Positions 22,462-24,000 of a stretch of DNA of 24,000 nucleotides are shown here, one piece after another. How positions within the stretch are numbered: position 1 is the first letter of the stretch; each line of letters opens with the position of its first letter. This stretch comes from Euzebya sp. GTDB lineage: Bacteria; Bacteroidota; Bacteroidia; Flavobacteriales; Flavobacteriaceae. The notes beneath the pieces are model-generated. The model worked only from the letters and a program-made list of their open reading frames with translations, was not told the DNA's origin and did not search any database. Made by a program: the position numbers and the translations under genes. The stretch is from positions 1-24,000 of the forward strand of contig CAXPJI010000008.1 in the NCBI GenBank assembly GCA_964217345.1. The letters are read 5' to 3'.

Positions 22462-23202
22462 ATGAATATCGTTTTCGCAGAATTTATCGGAACTTTTTTA
22501 ATGATGCTTCTAGGCCTAGGAGTCAATGCAAATGTTGCTCTTAAAGGAACTAAGGGATCTTACAGCAGTGCTAGCGCATGGGTACTCATCTGTGCCGGAT
22601 GGGCATTTGCAGTCTACATAGGAGTGGTAGTTGCTGGACCAATAAGTGGCGCTCACCTCAACCCAGCGGTTAGCTCGGCGCTTTTGGTTCAAGGGTCATT
22701 ATCTCTTACCGATTTCACACTATTTGTTCCGGCACAATTTGCGGGTGCTATGCTCGCAGCATTAGCAGTGTGGTTTATGTACCGAGATCACTTTGAGGCA
22801 ACCGATTGTCTTGAAACTAGGCGTGGGGTATTTTGCACCGCTCCTGAAGTGTACAGCGTAAGTCGAAATTTCTTCAGCGAATTCATTGGAGCCTTTGTAT
22901 TACTCTTTGCCATATTCCATATCACCGATCCTGAAGTGCTAGAAACCGGACAGAAACTAGGAATGGGTTCGTTAGGGGCACTACCAGTAGCGATATTCGT
23001 ATGGGGAATTGGGCTCAGCTTAGGAGGCACCACCGGCTACGCCATTAACCCTGCAAGAGATTTAGGGCCGAGATTAACCCATGCCTTACTTCCTATGAAG
23101 GAAAAGGCTGACGGCAACTGGTCGTATGCCTGGATACCGGTAGTTGCTCCAATTACAGGGGGAGTTTTTGCAGCACTATTGCACCAACTTCTGGCGAATT
23201 AA
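22462..23202 (+). CDS. glpF: MIP-family aquaglyceroporin (glycerol uptake facilitator)
   Basis: 246 aa with six hydrophobic helices and two NPA boxes (GAHLNPAVS and YAINPARDLGPR). It starts 2 nt after glpK. Confidence 0.9.
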   Translation: MNIVFAEFIGTFLMMLLGLGVNANVALKGTKGSYSSASAWVLICAGWAFAVYIGVVVAGPISGAHLNPAVSSALLVQGSLSLTDFTLFVPAQFAGAMLAALAVWFMYRDHFEATDCLETRRGVFCTAPEVYSVSRNFFSEFIGAFVLLFAIFHITDPEVLETGQKLGMGSLGALPVAIFVWGIGLSLGGTTGYAINPARDLGPRLTHALLPMKEKADGNWSYAWIPVVAPITGGVFAALLHQLLAN

Positions 23203-23948
23203 AGCGCTCTGTCGGGATAATTGCAGAAAATCCCGTCAACGCCCATTGCTTTCATTTGAGCAATATCTTCTGCTTCATTGACTGTATAGGTATAAACCTT
23301 GAAGCCTTTCTCATGAATGGCGTCTACCGCTTCTTGAGTAAGATTTTTATACCAAGGGTTGATTGCAATTGCTCCTAACTTTTCGGCCATAGGGATGGCA
23401 TCTAATGGATCCTTTTCTGTAAGTATTGCGATAGCTACCTCTGGGTTCAGTTCTCGCATTTTTTCAAGCTCATCCCATCGAAATGACGAAATCACGAATT
23501 GATCTAAACTCCAGCCCTGGTGTAAACTGTAGTATTCAATAATTTGATTGACTTTCGCAGCAGTATTAGCCCCCTTAAGCTCTATGTTTAGAGAGATTCG
23601 ACCATTTACGGCCTTAAGCACATCTTGAAGTTTAGGTATTTTATAGCCTCCTTGAAGGGTTAAGGCCAACACCTCGGGCATGTATAGATCTTCTATTTCT
23701 CCGGCTCCATTAGTCAAATCATCTACGCGATCGTCATGAAATACAACAACCTCTCCAGAACGAATGCGAAACACATCTATCTCCACCATCGACACCCCTA
23801 AATCAATTGCTTTCTCCACTGATGCAATGGTATTTTCAGTGACATAACCCATTGCACCACGATGACCAATGACTAGAAAATCGTCTGAAGTATTCATCTG
23901 ACAAGAACTTAGAATCATTGCAATAGTAACTAAAATGCTTTTTCTCAT
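23199..23948 (-). CDS. Glycerophosphodiester phosphodiesterase, lipoprotein-type signal
   Basis: 249 aa with MRKSILVTIAMILSSCQ (signal/lipobox). GDPD motifs are VIGHRGA, MVEIDV, VFHDD and NIELK. Its stop shares the tetranucleotide TTAA with the glpF stop (23199-23202). Confidence 0.88.
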   Translation of the reverse strand: MRKSILVTIAMILSSCQMNTSDDFLVIGHRGAMGYVTENTIASVEKAIDLGVSMVEIDVFRIRSGEVVVFHDDRVDDLTNGAGEIEDLYMPEVLALTLQGGYKIPKLQDVLKAVNGRISLNIELKGANTAAKVNQIIEYYSLHQGWSLDQFVISSFRWDELEKMRELNPEVAIAILTEKDPLDAIPMAEKLGAIAINPWYKNLTQEAVDAIHEKGFKVYTYTVNEAEDIAQMKAMGVDGIFCNYPDRAL

Positions 23949-24000
23949 GGCTTCAATTGTATTAATAAAAAGGAGCGAGGTTGAACTCTTATAAGTTCTG

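Noticed and set aside
770-23033. Twenty-odd short ORFs in the track (60-95 aa) lie antisense to or nested in larger genes: 770..997, 6171..6377, 7953..8156, 9134..9325, 10073..10339, 10649..10888, 11397..11609, 11867..12136, 12626..12895, 12962..13180, 14321..14512, 15073..15261, 16002..16184, 16435..16635, 17174..17389, 17497..17748, 18315..18524, 19816..20076, 21026..21313 and 22788..23033.
   Set aside because: Each lies wholly or almost wholly within a longer ORF that has strong family motifs. Their translations are low-complexity or compositionally odd with no recognisable motifs. They are typical shadow ORFs.
1-24000. CRISPR arrays, tRNA/rRNA genes, riboswitches, IS elements, integrases, prophage or defence-system genes (restriction-modification, toxin-antitoxin, CBASS, retrons and similar).
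   Set aside because: There are no direct-repeat arrays, and no intergenic gap longer than about 90 nt. No ORF has nuclease, ATPase, reverse-transcriptase or recombinase motifs that I could recognise. All space is accounted for by metabolic and envelope genes.

Overview
Densely coded chromosomal segment: 25 CDS, and only about 550 nt are non-coding by my gene calls. I found no rRNA, tRNA, CRISPR, transposase, integrase or recognisable defence genes by eye. The gene content looks like Bacteroidota/Flavobacteriia: lipoprotein and Tat signals, mevalonate pathway genes, YceI paralogues, a GH32 lipoprotein and many fused start/stop junctions. Glycerol catabolism sits at both edges, with glpD behind a DtxR/MntR-like repressor on the left and glpK-glpF plus a glycerophosphodiesterase on the right. 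In between are an aldehyde dehydrogenase, a YceI protein, a stand-alone PAS protein, and a three-gene Tat-Rieske / His-rich 4-TM / YceI operon. These are followed by a GH32 fructosidase, rluB, and a UbiA prenyltransferase with two mevalonate-pathway genes. The most unusual region is a gap-free eight-gene plus-strand operon at 8562-17101. It combines arsenosugar-type families (DUF2064/TIGR04282-like transferase, ArsM-like methyltransferase, small TIGR04283-like GT2) with five other components. These are a PNP carrying an MTAP-like Asp at the purine-selectivity position, an FAD oxidoreductase, a NapH-like membrane polyferredoxin, a CslA-like membrane GT2 and a GT-C-like protein. No radical-SAM ArsS is present in the window. 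I read it as a candidate pathway for a membrane- or envelope-linked methylated-metalloid glycoconjugate. That would cover steps after or beside the described ArsM/ArsS chemistry, but this is inference from motifs read by eye. All family assignments come from motif recognition and memory of reference sequences, with no searches run.
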